A stretch of DNA of 63,610 nucleotides, filler included, from Sphacelaria rigidula (Eukaryota), in assembly GCA_964200075.2 (NCBI GenBank). It is 7 parts of 7 records of this genome, joined end to end, with 100 filler letters (N's around TTAATTAATTAA, not from the genome) between each part and the next. Parts side by side here need not be neighbours in the genome. Positions count along the whole stretch, not along the records: positions 9,103 to 18,104 come from CAXNAA020009545.1; positions 18,205 to 27,206 come from CAXNAA020009546.1; 5 more parts are not named here. The stretch is one strand, 5' to 3'. The first letter of the stretch is position 1; every line of letters starts with the position of its first letter. A model generated the notes under the pieces. That model had not been told where the DNA came from, searched no databases, and saw nothing but the letters and a program-made list of their open reading frames with translations. Both the position numbers and the translations under genes were made by a program. Shown one piece after another: positions 12,228 to 25,720 of the stretch.

Positions 12228-14253
12228 CCATAACAACGCTCTCGTTCGTGTTCAAGGATCCCACGTCCACGCGCGGTAGGCTCACCAGAAGGTGGGCCAG
12301 GTACACCACGGCGGCCGCCACATCATACGGACGGTACTGCAGGCACACGGTCGTCAGGAAGCTGTCGTTCACCAAACTCACTGATGCCTGGTTTTTGTAT
12401 ACAGTATGTGTCGTGGGTTTGTTGCAGTTCGTTCAAGACGAGGGCAGGACCGAAACAAAAGATGAGGAAGAGCAAAGTCAAGGACGGGAGGCATTCACCC
12501 ACTGCCTTAAGCTTTTTGTTTCTCGCAGAAGTGGTGACAATACCATGGTCAAGTACTGTTAAAATAGTTAGTGACATCGTTTTTTTCTGTTCCTGGCTAT
12601 TGGAAGGAAAATTCAGCGAGGGGGGCGGGGGTTACTCGCGATCTTGCATGCCATAGCGTAAGCTCATTGACCTCGCATCCCTACAAAGCCAGACGGAGCA
12701 CGCCGGGGTATCGCCGGAGCAGGCTCGCACTCAATCACCAAGCGCGAAGCGCCGTGGTGTGTTCGGCGAGTCGCTTGAAGGGTGAGTTGCATCCTGCCAA
12801 GATTGTTCGGCCCGCAGCGTACCGGCTATCTTGCACATGGATGACATACTACAATAAGTTGCTTCCTTTTCTGGTATCGCCACTTCCAGACATAGTCACG
12901 GCTTACACACTGCCCCATGGGTGTCGCACCGCCTGGGGCGGGGAAGCTGCGGGCGCCTGTAGTGATAGTTTGGATCCTTCTCTACCGCGGTCGGATTCTT
13001 GTTGGCATTAGATTTGATCTCATTCCGTTGCACTGTAAAGCAGATCCAAGACAAGAAGTACAGTCCTTGCACTACCGAAAGAGTATGAAAGGATCAACCA
13101 GGACTGCCGTTATCGGATAATGGGCCAACAGTGCGCAAGCACAGTAGTATAAGATGGTCAAGAGAAACTGTTCAATAATCGTACGATAGTAGACAACCCA
13201 CAATTTGACTGCGGCGGTATACCCACATGCAGCGAATTCCGCTAATGTGCCAAGCGACAATGTCCATGGTACCCTTCTTTTTTCTGCCAGAGCATCGTTC
13301 ACCAACCGATAGACACATAAAAATGATGACCATACTACATGCTGGGTCGACCAAAATGTCGAAATAAAACGCGGGTTCCTTTCGAGACGTTTCCAAAGTC
13401 AGTATCCCATTTGAAAACGATACGTACTTCCCACGAGCCCATTACTGTAGAAGTCACTCAAGCTCACGACTTGAGAAAAACACGAAGGTACTTCTAGGAA
13501 ATCCCGTGCATCTTAACATGTGAACGGAAAACGTCCGAAGACTCATCTATCGACGGCAAAGCTACACGGTGCCTGCAAGCAGAGTGATTGCAATTGGAGG
13601 AGTTGCTGCATCATTATCCCTGCTAGCTGTCGTCGCTGCCCTTGTGATAGAGGCTCGGCTGCTACTGTAGCGGAGAGCTAGGTCATCTTCTACACCTGCA
13701 GTAATACCAACATGTGCATGTGTGCCTATTGTTTGAAATGGATCCGCTTGGGAAAAAGCGGGAACAAATTTTCATTTTTGGAGTGTCAACGAGAGTGGAT
13801 TTCATACTCATCGGACACCGCAGTGGCATTAGTACAAAACTCACCGCCACGACCTGACTGATCGCAGGGTTTACATGTCACAAAGGCCAGGTTGAAAGCA
13901 GGAGTGGACACAGAAATCCAACAGGAGCGCACGAGTTTCACTTTTACACGATATTTTGGTTTTGTGGAACGTGGGTGTGCTTGGTGGGAATACCTCAGGA
14001 CTGGAGTGGGCGAAATTGCAAATCGGGCTGGTTATCAAGGGCCACATTGATGCCCTTTTCTTGGCCCTCGAGAGCTCACCTGATAGAGCTGTCGGTTTAG
14101 GGTTGCATTCGTTGATCTGCTCCCTGCCCCCGCCCCTGCCTCCCGCCTCTTCTCGAAAAGCATGGCCAGGATTTTCGTCACGTGCGAATACGGGTGCTCT
14201 ACGCTCATCAGAAATCCGATTGTGTGTAGCAAACATCGCTCAGCGATCAAAAC
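12228..14253 (-). CDS. Cyclin, transcriptional T/K/L type, internal fragment, 2 exons
   Basis: Exon 14253-14080 (VLIAERCLLHTIGFLMSVEHPYSH..RQLYQ) splices in phase 0 to exon 12387-12228 (ASVSLVNDSFLTTVCLQYRPYDVAAAVVYLA..). ERxLLxTxGFxxxVEHPY and VNDSxxTTxCLQY are cyclin T/K hallmarks. Flanking exons were not identified. Confidence 0.85.
12620..12925 (+). repeat. Abundant ~300-bp interspersed repeat (family A)
   Basis: Core CACCAAGCGCGAAGCGCCG..CATCCTGCCAAGATTGTTCGGCCCG..CATGGGTGTC. Other copies: 20235-20480(-), 36409-36540(+), 38718-39022(-), 63130-63430(-), plus ends at 18205-18262 and 62905-62960. Copies occur in four of the unrelated contigs. Confidence 0.9.
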
Positions 14254-16994
14254 CTGGCGCGCGCGCGCACGGCGGGGGTGAAGATACACCGTATGCACAT
14301 GGCAGTCGGCAAAGGGAAATATTCCAGCTACGTGAGTTCAATGAGGAAAGCATCAGAATTCCTTCGCAGTGGGGAAAACGGCTTCACACAGTCATACCCG
14401 GGTAACACGACTGCACACTTTAAACATGGCACTAGAATATATGCATGGATCAACAGTACAAGCGGGGCCGGTCAAGGAAAAACCACCGTGACAGGTGGGC
14501 ACGTAATCGGCTGGTGATGACGGTCGCCCGCGATCGTTCCGACCCAGGAGTCCATCAAGTTAGGTGCAGTGGAAATTGCATCGCCATGTTTGCACGTTTG
14601 GTGCCAGTTATACTAGTGCTGGCTCTTTTGAAAAATAATATACGAGGAAAGAAAAATATATATATACAAGCCGCACGGGACCCGGGGCTACGCCCCGATC
14701 CCGTCCGTTTTTTTCGAGGATCTCGGTATTCTTGCCTTGTCAAGCCCTCGTGAGAATAGATCCTCTCTCGAGATATCCATGCCCGCCGGAAACAGTGCAG
14801 GAACACCGCGATCGCGCGTCCGTTCAAACGGTCGCGAACGCATGTGTACTCCCGCATAAAGTAAAGCACGAATCCGCTAACCGGGCCCCTGGCATTGGCA
14901 TTGGCCCGAACAGTCATCTCCCGGGGCGGGTGCTGAGGAACTTGCACACTGATATCAGCCATAAATCTCGTAGACGCCTCGTTACAAGGTATGCTTCACG
15001 TTCGTGAGTTCGAAATATATTATATATATATATATACATTTATATATGTACATGTATCATTTCACTTTTTCCACCACTTTTGCCGAGTTTTCTCTGTCCG
15101 TAAGGCATCTCATCACGCGCTTTCTTTAGCAGTGCACGAAGAAGGCGCAGCGGTACATTACCGTTCAGGTTTGTGTGTCACCTGATACCTGTGGCGCGTG
15201 TTCTGACCATCGAAAGTCGCCCGCACTGGCTCTTTTTTGCGGGGTGTCGATCCCGAACCACAAAAGCCTTCCCAAGTTCATGACAAACTTCAAGCAGCAG
15301 GATGATTATTGGCGGGGTATTTTCCCCCGTGTTTCTCTTCGTCGGGTTCTCGTTCATTTGGGAGCACGAGTACACCGCTCATGCACTTGGTGTCACGAGA
15401 ACATGAGAGCAATGCAGTTGAAAACAATTGAACATTGCCTTGGCCTTAGTCAGCAGCAAACACCAGACCGTGCGGTGAGCCTTTGACGAGTTGAACAAGG
15501 CACACACGTGGGCAAACGTCCCCACTATGGGTCAACTATGTAAAATCAACGAAGGGGGATGCCGAAATCCCTATGATCATGCAACCCGTAGGATGCACCT
15601 GTGAAATACAGGCGCAGGGATATCCTTGTGACAGAGTTGACAGGTTTGTCCTTGTGACAGGAATAACAGAGAGAATCATACGAGTACGCACCTCATGTAT
15701 CTTTCGACGGCTTAGTGCTGTATTTTCAGTACAAGTCAAGCGTTACTTTGCTTGTGGATTTCTCCGCCGTGTCTGAACGAACCAGCCTGAAATTGGCACA
15801 GAGGTAGACCACAACACAGACAGCATATTCCCGGAGCGGCGGCACGTCTTACGTGGTGCGCCAGATGCACGAAGTGAACACGGATTCTGGGCAATGCCAT
15901 CGATACGCCCTCAAAACGGAGTCCCCTCGGCTCAGACAGAGTGAGACGTCAGTGGATGCATATATGGACACGCAGATGCGCTCACTTCTACATCATGACC
16001 TGCTGGGTGGCTCCTGCCCCGGCAAACGAGCATCGATCCGTATTGGGTACACTCTGGATAATGTAGTTCTGCGCGATACCTATCTTGGTATCGCCTGTAG
16101 AGGTACTCACTTCAGGAGGCACGGTCGTGCAAGCGTTGTCAGTGCTTTTCAGTGTTGCGCCAAAAGAAAGTAAAAGTCAGATGTACGCCGATTTTCGCAT
16201 ACAAGAACCATTGTATAAATCACCAGCTTGGATCATCCGCGAAGGAAGTGTAGTTCACATGAGCGAGGTGCCCCACAAGGACGACCTACGACCCAACACA
16301 CGGCATATCTGAAAAGCAATGTTCAAGGCTGGATCATCTGCACAAGTTGCAGGTAGAGAACGTGACCATATCCCGCGTTTGGTGGTGTGCATGGTGTTGC
16401 TCGGTGCGGATGCCTGGCGGGGCCCATTGTATGACGATAGGTGGCGACCACGCTTGGTGTTACAGTACACCACCGCGCCCAGGGCGTAGTACATGGAGTG
16501 TATAATCCGCTTGAAAAAGAAGCATCCCATGTACTTTCGTCGCACTGGAGAACGCCACAATCGTTTGCATGCACATGTCTGGCGGCGCAGTTGATGGGTT
16601 TGAAAAATTGAGAACTTCGTCATGAGCACTATATAAAGTGCAGAATAATACGCTGATGCAATGTACGGTCTACAGACAGTAGAGGTAAATGTACCAATTA
16701 AGGTATTAAGGCACCTGACGGCAAAAACTCTGGTTCGTGGGAACCACGACACGTAGAACAATGACCAGAGTATCTGGAGAAAGACAACTTAATCCTCTAT
16801 CACCCAAACTTTTCAAAATTAAAAAATAATCAAACCACGTTACAGGAGTAGATGTGAAGCATGGCTCTATTAACGTAAAAATGCGGCCAACACACCCTCT
16901 GTTTCAATTACCGTACACTTTACGCAGCAGTTGATTTCTCGCGACCTTGGACGTCTCAGACCTTCTCCTTGGGTACAAATGTGTATGAGATGGG

Positions 16995-17905
16995 TGCGGT
17001 CCGTTTTCGAAGGAAAAAAAAAAGAAAAAAAACATTCGATCCGGGGCTGAAAATCGCCCATCCCCTGTTTTTCGGAACAAATTTCACCATTAAGTCGGTG
17101 TTTGTCGACGCCGTACTCGACAAAAACTAACGTTTTCCCTTTTTTTGTTTTCCAACCCGTTGAAGTACGTTTTGATAGTACTCTCCCAAAATTTGGTGCT
17201 CATCGGTTTTGATTAAGGTACTCTATCACGCACGTTGAGTGGTGCCACCTCATCATTCATTTTTCACCGGAAATCGACAATGACTACGAAAGTGGAACAC
17301 CTGGGACGTTTCAGGCCTTCGTTTTTGGTATCAATGTGTATGACATTAGAGCGGTCCGTTTTGCAAAAAAAAAAATGTGCATGAAAATGGCCCATCCCCT
17401 AGTTTTCGGAACAAATTTCGCCATTAATTCCGTGTTTGGCAACGCCGTACTCGACGAAAACATTCTTCTCTTCTTCTGCTTTATTAACCCAGCGAGGTAC
17501 GTTTTGACAGTATTCTCCCAAAATTTGGTGTTCATGCGTTACGATTAAGGTACTGTGACGCACGTGGAGTGATGCCCCCTAATCACTAGAAATCGACAAT
17601 GCTGCGAAAATGGGACACCTAGAGCTAGGACGTTCCCGATATTTTCCTCTGGCTCGAACCTTTACGCATCACAACGTATCACAATTCCTCACAATGCATC
17701 ATTTTCGGCACCAACAGGGAAAAGAGGCCATTCGGGGAATAAATTGGCCTATCCCTGGATTTTCGGAACAAAATTGAGCATTCTTCTCCGTGTTTGGCAA
17801 CGCCGAACTCGAACACGTTCGCAGAGCTCTATGTTTTCTGTTTGTTCTGAGCTACCCAACCAAGGGGATTATTTTCGACATAACCGTCGCAAAAGTTTGG
17901 TGTTC
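16995..17905. repeat. Diverged tandem repeat, ~350-bp unit, about 2.5 copies
   Basis: GCGGTCCGTTTT.., TTTTCGGAACAAA, CGTGTTTGGCAACGCCG and AAATTTGGTGTTC recur at ~17070, ~17405 and ~17760. Confidence 0.75.
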
Positions 17906-18042
17906 GACGGATGTGACCGAATTACAATGAAACACGTTTGCTGCCCCCCCCGCCCCCCTCCCCCCCCTCACGGTGCTCCGTCTCGAAAGGGATGCGTGGT
18001 CAATGGTCAAACGACTAAGGCAAGCAACAAATGAGTACGCCC

Positions 18043-18084
<42 letters not shown>

Positions 18085-18358
18085 ACAAACATCCCACCCA
18101 AATCNNNNNNNNNNNNNNNNNNNNNNNNNNNNNNNNNNNNNNNNNNNNTTAATTAATTAANNNNNNNNNNNNNNNNNNNNNNNNNNNNNNNNNNNNNNNN
18201 NNNNGTGCGAGGTCAAAAGTCTTATGACTATGGCATGCATGATCATGAGTACACCCCCCCCCCGCCGGGAGGAGGTTCTTCGAAATTTTTATTCACGAGA
18301 CCTGCTGAGCTGCTCTAATCTTGTACCGAACTTCACGGTGTGACCGCCTTGATGCCAG

Positions 18359-21300
18359 GTCTATGCTGAAGATGCTTCTGGACCCGATGGGCGGCATCGT
18401 CATCACGAACGATGGTAACTGCATCCTCCGCGAGGTGAGTGCCTGAAACATGAAACTGCCATCCGGTCGTGTACGCTGCACGGTAGTACCGCATAGTACA
18501 ACAGTAAGTAGCATAATTCATTACTCACCGCTGTCGGCGTGATACATGAGGGCACCGTCGTACTCTACGACGTAGAGGCGATCAGGCTATTCAAACGGTT
18601 TGCACTTTGAAACGCAGGCGACGAAGCGCTCCGGTATCGTGTGTCCCTCAAAGTACCATTTTCAGAGTACAGCTGCTTTGACGCGGCGTACCCTCCGCTG
18701 TTGCGGTTTGTGTTACTTATTTCGCGTGTACAGGTGGACGTATCTCATCCGGCAGCAAAAAGCATGATCGAGCTCAGCCGCGCGCAAGATGAGGAGGTCG
18801 GGGACGGCACCACCTCCGTGATTATCTTGAGTGAGTGGAGACATATTTCGTATGTTGTGTCATCTGGGGATGACCTCACCGACGTCAAGATATTTTTTAT
18901 TTGGCCTGACTTGAAACCGTATCGCCCAATCACCCGTTCGTCGGACAATTTTCCCGTCATGCACGAAGACCTCCATATGTGATCGATGGACCCACTTGAG
19001 TTCAAGACGTGACTATCGCGCTTCGTGTTTTGTAGCACCGGAACTCCTTTCATGAGTCACAGTTAGCTGTTTATTTTTTCTCGAAAAGAGCAAGGGGCCC
19101 TACCACCTGCAAACCATGACCCCCCCTCCTCGAAGGCTCTCGACCGCAGGGAGTTTCTTGGGTAGTCCGGTGAAAATTTTGCTGGCATAGGACTCGATAC
19201 TGTGACGATCGATGGCATTCTATGTTACCTGGAAATATACCCCCCTGACATCAGTTGTACCTCGCCCCCCTTCCCCTCAGGCCTAGGCAAACGGCATGCC
19301 CGTTTTTTTGCGCTTGCGTTGTTATCGTGGTGATCATGATGGTGGTCGATTTAGATCAGATTGTACGGGGGTGTAGAATTTCAAGGGCAGGTCGAGTGCA
19401 GTATGTACTGTTGAGTACTCGAGTAAAATATCCGAGTATTTACTCTACTCAAATATTGAGTAAGCACTCTCCGTAATACTCGCGTATAGAGTATTTGCCT
19501 GTGTATGATGAGCAACCGTGACCGTCGGCGACTTCGTGACGTCACTTCACAGACTGTGTTGAATACATGGGCGAACGATTGCCACTGATTAGATGAGTGG
19601 CAGTACGTCACGGGCTACAAGAGTATGAACGAATGATGGCCATCAGAAAACAAAAAAAACGAGTAGGTGAATGAACGTACCTGCCCCAGCTCACCTGCCC
19701 CCACCCCACCCATGGCAGTACATACTGGATACCTCTCGACCCCTTCGATATCACTTGCAGTACGGAGCGCTACTCATCATCATGAGTAATCGAGTAGACG
19801 GGTTATTGGTAGTTGATATCAAAATGGGCAACTCTACTGACCGCACATGTGACTCCTCCATGGGAGAGTCAGCGGCGGTACATCGGGTCCGGCCTCAGAC
19901 ACTCTACCCAACTTTCGGGGAGATTAGGTATGACCTCGAATACTTGAGTAGATTGAATATGACTTCGAATACTCTACTCAAATTTTGAGTAGGTCGAGTA
20001 CGGCCTCAAATACTCTGCTCAAATTTTGAGTGGGCTGAGTACGGCCTCAAATATTCTACTCAAATTTTGAGTAGGTTGAGTACGGCCTCAAATATTTTAC
20101 TCAAAATCTCAGCACGAAAAGCATGACTCTTCGAAAATACTGAGTATTGAGTATACTTCACTCGACCTGCCCTTGGAGAACTTCGACTCCTTGCACAGGG
20201 GATGACCATACGACGTGATGTTGAAATTGTAAGACCCATGAGGCGGTGTAATCCGTGGCTGTCCCTGGAAATGGTGATACCAGAAAATGAAACAACTCAT
20301 GCAGGCTGTCGTTCATATCCAAGATAATCAGTGCGCTTCGGGCCGAACAATGTTAGCAGGATGCAGGCCACCCTTAATGCGAGTAGCCAAACAGATAATG
20401 GCGCTTCGTACTTGGTTTCATGACTTCTTCATGCAAAAACACGAGTACACGCCCCCGTCAGGCCTCGCTCGCCATGGGCTTAAACTGGAATCGAGGGGTT
20501 GAGTCATGAGCCACAGCTGGTGAAGCCTCCTGGCACGTGTAAACTTTCTCAACCTCGGATTCAGCTGGGCACCTTACCCGGTCACTGAGCTCTTGTATAG
20601 TGCTCTTGGACGCAACTGGTGCAACGGCAAAGAAACGTCGAAGTGCCGCATCATGTTTTTATCTTTATTTTGGGAGTCAAACAATCGTTATCGCTTCATT
20701 TTGCCATGGCCTGCTCGGCGGCGCTGCTCAGTCTGTGATACTGTAATATGAAAAGTCTGACGACCATCTTGACCTACCGAACTCTTGTTTTACAAAACGT
20801 CCGTGCTTCATGCCCCGCTGCCCCTTTGGCCCGTGCGCGTGGGATTTTGGCGGTATCTTGTGTGACTTTCAGCGGGTGAAATGCTGGCCGTTGCGGAACC
20901 AATCTTGACAAGAGGTATACATCCTACTCAGGTAAACCTCACATGACTATGTGTTTTGGTTCCATGTTGGTTGATGTATAGAGTGTACTGTTTCGGCAAA
21001 TGGCAAATATCACAGATACCTCACCTTACAACGGGCGCTCCACTTTTCCCATTCGACGATGTGGTCCTCAGTATGCAAGTACAATGTCTCGGTGTACAAA
21101 TAGACTCCTGCCCTGGACAAGTGTATGTATGACAATGGCTACGTCAATGCAGCCGGCTGCGCGTATAGCCGAGTTGTAGCTCATGAAAATAGCAGCCCCC
21201 GTAAAAACAAAAGTTATGGGCAAGGAGGGTTGCACAGTATGTTCGCTGCGTGAAGAATTTGTCAATTTGTAGCAGGAATTCTGCTTAACCACGAACTTTT

Positions 21301-24300
21301 CTGCAAATTTCTCGGAGGAGGCTCTGGGCGTGTTTAGACGGTTGAGGCACTGAAATCTGTACTCGGGATGGCGACGCGTCGAGTGGTTGTATTATGTGCT
21401 GCCCTAACGCCGCGGGTATGGTGGCTCTTTTTCTTTCCTCGCGTGTTCTCGTCTTGTCTGTGCAGATCGTGATGGGATACTCTCGCGCACTCCAGACTGC
21501 CCTGGATGCCTGCGGCGCTCTTGCAGAAGTGATAGACGTTGACAACGGGCCTCAGCTGAAGAAGCTTGTCGACGCTGCCGTTGGGACGAAGTTCTCTGCA
21601 AGGTGGGGCTTTCGTGTATCGCTTAGTAGTGACAGGTGCTTTGTACTATTTAAGACTTGATAGTTTATTAACACGTGAATCCAATCGCTCAGACTCGCTA
21701 CCGTACGTCGTTTACAATATATATATATATATATATATATATGGAGGTAACACCACATACATGTATTTTATTATATCAGAGGTTGCTCCCGCGTCCCGGT
21801 GGTGTAAATAAAATCGAACAACTTATATCAATAGGTCTGGAAAATATTGGTTCGATTCCTCGGCAGATAAACTTTGTTCTGTAAATAATATCTGATTCAC
21901 GTCGTTGAGAACGTAAAGCCGACAGGATAATTTTTTTTATGATACTCAACGCGGTGCGGAAGTGCTGATGCAAACCGAGGTACGTTGGAAAGGTGGCGAG
22001 GAAGGAAATAAGTGATTATTGCGGGCCAACGCAAAACGATACCGAGGTGTAGTAGTTGTTGGTTTTGACAAGCCTGCGAGATGCGCTCGTCTGATTGTGT
22101 GTAGTTTTTCGTTTCGTTTCGTTTGATTTGATTTGTCGATCTATCCTACTTCCACACATGTACCTCAACGTACCTCAATTGTTGAAGGTGGGGGGATCGC
22201 TTGGTGAAGATGGCCATCGAGGCTGTCAAGCGTGTGCGCACCGTGGTGGACGGACGAGTGGAGGTGGACGTGAAGCGGTACGCGAGGGTGGAGAAAATCC
22301 CAGGAGGGGAGCTGGAAGACTGCATGGTGCGTGGTGATTCTGCTTGAACAACCGGCACCGTTTGGTGCGGTAGTGTTCCATATTGTGGTAAGGTGTGGTG
22401 TACGTACCTTGTGGGGCTTCGCTCGATCGCTGGCTGGAGTTTGCTGTCGTTATTGCGCCAACCATAGGAGTATCGTGCGTGGCCGTTACTGCGCTCGAAT
22501 GTTTTTGTCGGGGATATGTGTAACCGCAGTAGCGGCCCTAGGCCGATTTCGGTGCCATACCGGTAGTGTCATGATCCAAGGATGTTGTTTGTGTCCAGCA
22601 GCCCCGGTGTCTTGAGTGCGAGACACAGCGAAGCGATGGCGAAATGCGCGTATTGCTACCAATACCGGTGGTGAAGTGGCGTGCGACTGAAAAATTGTAC
22701 CTCATTTGACAAGCTGTGTCCCGCGCGTCTTGCCCCTCCACCCACCCGCCTGGGCTTGTACCAGGTGTTGGATGGTGTCATGTTTAACAAGGACGTAACC
22801 CACTCCAAGATGAGGAGGAAAATCGAGAACCCTCGCATTCTGCTGCTCGACTGCCCGCTCGAGTACAAGAAGGGAGAGGTGCGCAGTCGACTACATTCGT
22901 TGGGAAAGAAACCAACCTATGGTATTGGAGGTTGAACACAACGTTGATCCAGACCCTACTCGTAATGTGGCCCTTATCGTTACAAGGGTGGTGTTGGTCG
23001 TATCGCGAGGAAGTGAGGGCTGACTGGTCGGGTAACCGTTCGCGTATTACATGAGGCGAAATTTGGTAAAGAACATGACTGCACGATGATGGTGTGGTGT
23101 AATGCCATCAGGCGCGAGTTTCCGTGGATGATGACATGATGTCATGTTGATCGATTGACTGGTACTGCAGTCCCAGACGAACGTGGAGGTGACCAAGGAG
23201 GAGGACTGGAACACGCTCTTGAGGATGGAAGAGGAGTATATCGAGAACATGTGTGCGTCCATCGTGGCCTTCCACCCGGACATTGTCATTACCGAGAAGG
23301 GTGTCAGCGACCTGGCACAGCACTATCTAATGAAGGCCCAAATCACGGTGAGGCACCCCCATAATCATGTTCATGTTGTACTTCCTCTCGTCCTCGTTCC
23401 ACCCCCCTCCCCTCCCTCCTCCGCCTCCTGGAAGTTGACGCCTTTCATTTTATTGTCGAGTACTCGGTTAGCGTTCCCGCACCCCGCTGACTTCCATGGA
23501 TGTTATTTTCTGCCCATCTTTTGAGTAACGTACGGAGTGCCTTGAAGTGTTGCGTTCATGTTTCATGGCAGTTGTCAGCTGTGTTGGTGCAAGGTGTTAA
23601 TGTTGATGTACGCGCTTGTTCGGTCCTGGACCAGACCTCACCCCTTTGTGATGTGCTGAATTGCTATTGAGACGCACACGTCTGTATCTTTGATTTCCTG
23701 CTCCACGCCAATCCGCTTTGGTTACACTTTATAACACCGAGAGCGTGTTCGTGATGGACCCCCAACACCCCCAACCTCCAGCCCGCTGGTACTTACGAAA
23801 CCACGCGTGCAAACTGATGCGTCACGACACGGCACATTCGAAACGACAGGCGTTCCGCCGCCTCCGGAAAACGGACAACAACCGCATCGCGCGTGCTGTG
23901 GGCGCTACGGTGGTGAACCGACCGGACGAGATCCAAGAGTCCGACATTGGTACCGGCTGCGGCCTGTTCGAAGTGCGAAAGATCGGAGACGAGTAAGTTG
24001 TATCTGCTTGCGCCTTGTTGAAGTCATTGTCGAAGTCAACAGAATTCAGTGTTTCCCACCGAAAGTTCGTGTGCTGACTTGTGGGTTCTTGGTTGGTGCG
24101 TTGGCGTGATCTACATTCGGAGCTTGGGAACCACTGCACTACTGCCGCACTCGTAGAGGCTTTGGCGGTGAGCAGAAGAAATCTAGACTTTTTTTTCCTT
24201 CAGGAACATGCCACGATACTTGATATTTCATCAGAGGAGCACAGGTGGCTGGTAGGATGGGTTGCTTGCTGGTTATCTTGCGTCGTCCTGTGCATGAGAA

Positions 24301-25513
24301 TAGAAAATCTCACCTGGACGGTAATTACTGTGCCCCGCCATCGTGGTCATCTGTGTTGCAACCGTTGCCCTGTCCGTTGCTGCGGTCGAGTCCTTCTGTT
24401 GCGGTGCAACCCACTGTGAGTGATGTTCTGTGGCTCGCTCGGCTCACTGTTTTTCTTCTCATGATGACCCGTTTTTGTATCTGACATTTGTTTACCCCAT
24501 CACCATTTTTGTGCTTGTTGAAATAGGTACTTCTCGTTCCTGGAGCAGTGCAAGGACGCCAAAGCTTGCACGGTGTTGCTGAGGGGCGGTAGCAAGGATG
24601 TGCTCAACGAGGTCGAGAGAAACCTGGCCGACGCCATGCAGGTATAGGTTGTCTGCCAGTCTTCATTTGGTCACGCGCGCTCGTCTGTTTGGCATGCATA
24701 GCGCAATGTAGCTTGATCTGTTTTCCTCTATGGAGTACGAGTAGCACGGATTTGCCCGTCATACACGAGACTGGGGTGTTGGCGTTGTACTGTAATGCGG
24801 TAACACGTTTTAGCTGTCGTTGGTGCCTTCTGTCTCATGTTGATGCCTTCCTGTCGTGTGTGGTGATGTATTGTGCTCCGCTCTGCCCTGCTGCTGACGT
24901 GCAACTGAAGCACCATTCCACCTGCCGCCCTGAATTGTGTCTGTGTTCATTCTGTTGGATACCTTGCCTCGGCGTATGTTGGTTCAAAACTCTTTCATGT
25001 CCCGTACGTGAAGATTGAAGGTGACAAACGATCGGGCCCATCTTGAGTTTTAGTTTTGCTTGTTGGAGATACATCTACTGCTGCTGGGACTGATCCCCGC
25101 CACGAATATATAAGGTTGGGTTTTATACACTTTGATGCTCAAAGTCGCTCTACTCTCCTGTATGGCATCAATCGTCTTACCCTTCGTCTTACCCTTTGCA
25201 AGATCATGAGTGAGGAAAGCCGGGTTTGATGGTCCATGAACTTTGAGAGAGCAAGTATTCCTGTGATCTTGCCTGGGCTGTCCGGCCTGTTGTGATTAGT
25301 TCTACTCCGGCTAATTCAGAGTCACGTTTTAACCACAGAACGCGGGGTTGCTTTTCGTTTGTGTCGTGGAACGAAGTAGTGGTAGCTTGAACGTGTGTCG
25401 CCTTTTGTGTGTGTTGTCAGGTGGTGCGCAACGTGGTGTTCGAGCCGCGTCTACTACCAGGAGGGGGTGCTACCGAAATGTCGGTTGCTCATGCACTGTC
25501 GAAGAAGGCACAG
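18359..25513 (+). CDS. CCT3: T-complex protein 1 subunit gamma (CCT/TRiC chaperonin), partial at both ends, 10 exons
   Basis: Exons 18359-18434 ([25 protein letters not shown]), 18734-18830 ([25 protein letters not shown]), 20873-20931, 21466-21602, 22188-22326 ([12 protein letters not shown]), 22765-22878 ([35 protein letters not shown]), 23171-23347, 23850-23992 ([14 protein letters not shown]), 24527-24641 ([21 protein letters not shown]) and 25421-25513 (PGGGATEM). All are GT-AG and phase-consistent. The motifs are diagnostic of the gamma subunit. Confidence 0.96.
19382..20175. mobile_element. hAT-like non-autonomous element in a CCT3 intron
   Basis: 17-bp perfect TIR CAAGGGCAGGTCGAGTG / CACTCGACCTGCCCTTG. 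The flanks TAGAATTT / GAGAACTT resemble a decayed 8-bp TSD. Subterminal ~41-bp tandem repeats (TACTCAAATTTTGAGT..GAGTACGGCCTCAAA) lie at ~19960-20105. Confidence 0.72.
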
Positions 25514-25720
25514 GTGAGCTTTGCGCAACATGCACTCGCCATCGTGTGCCTCTTCATGTACATCAATACAGGGTCGTGATGCCATTGCGCCGTAGCTCGT
25601 CCAGCATCGTAGCCACGGTAACTCGGCATGGTTTGACTTGACTGTGCATGCGTGTCTAGAATGGTCGCCCTTTGAGAATTGTCGCATCTGTGCAGGTGTT
25701 GGTAACTTTTGTTTTTACTA

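Noticed and set aside
19960..20105. CRISPR-like array of palindromic repeats
   Set aside because: The units are contiguous without unique spacers and lie within a TIR element in a eukaryotic intron.
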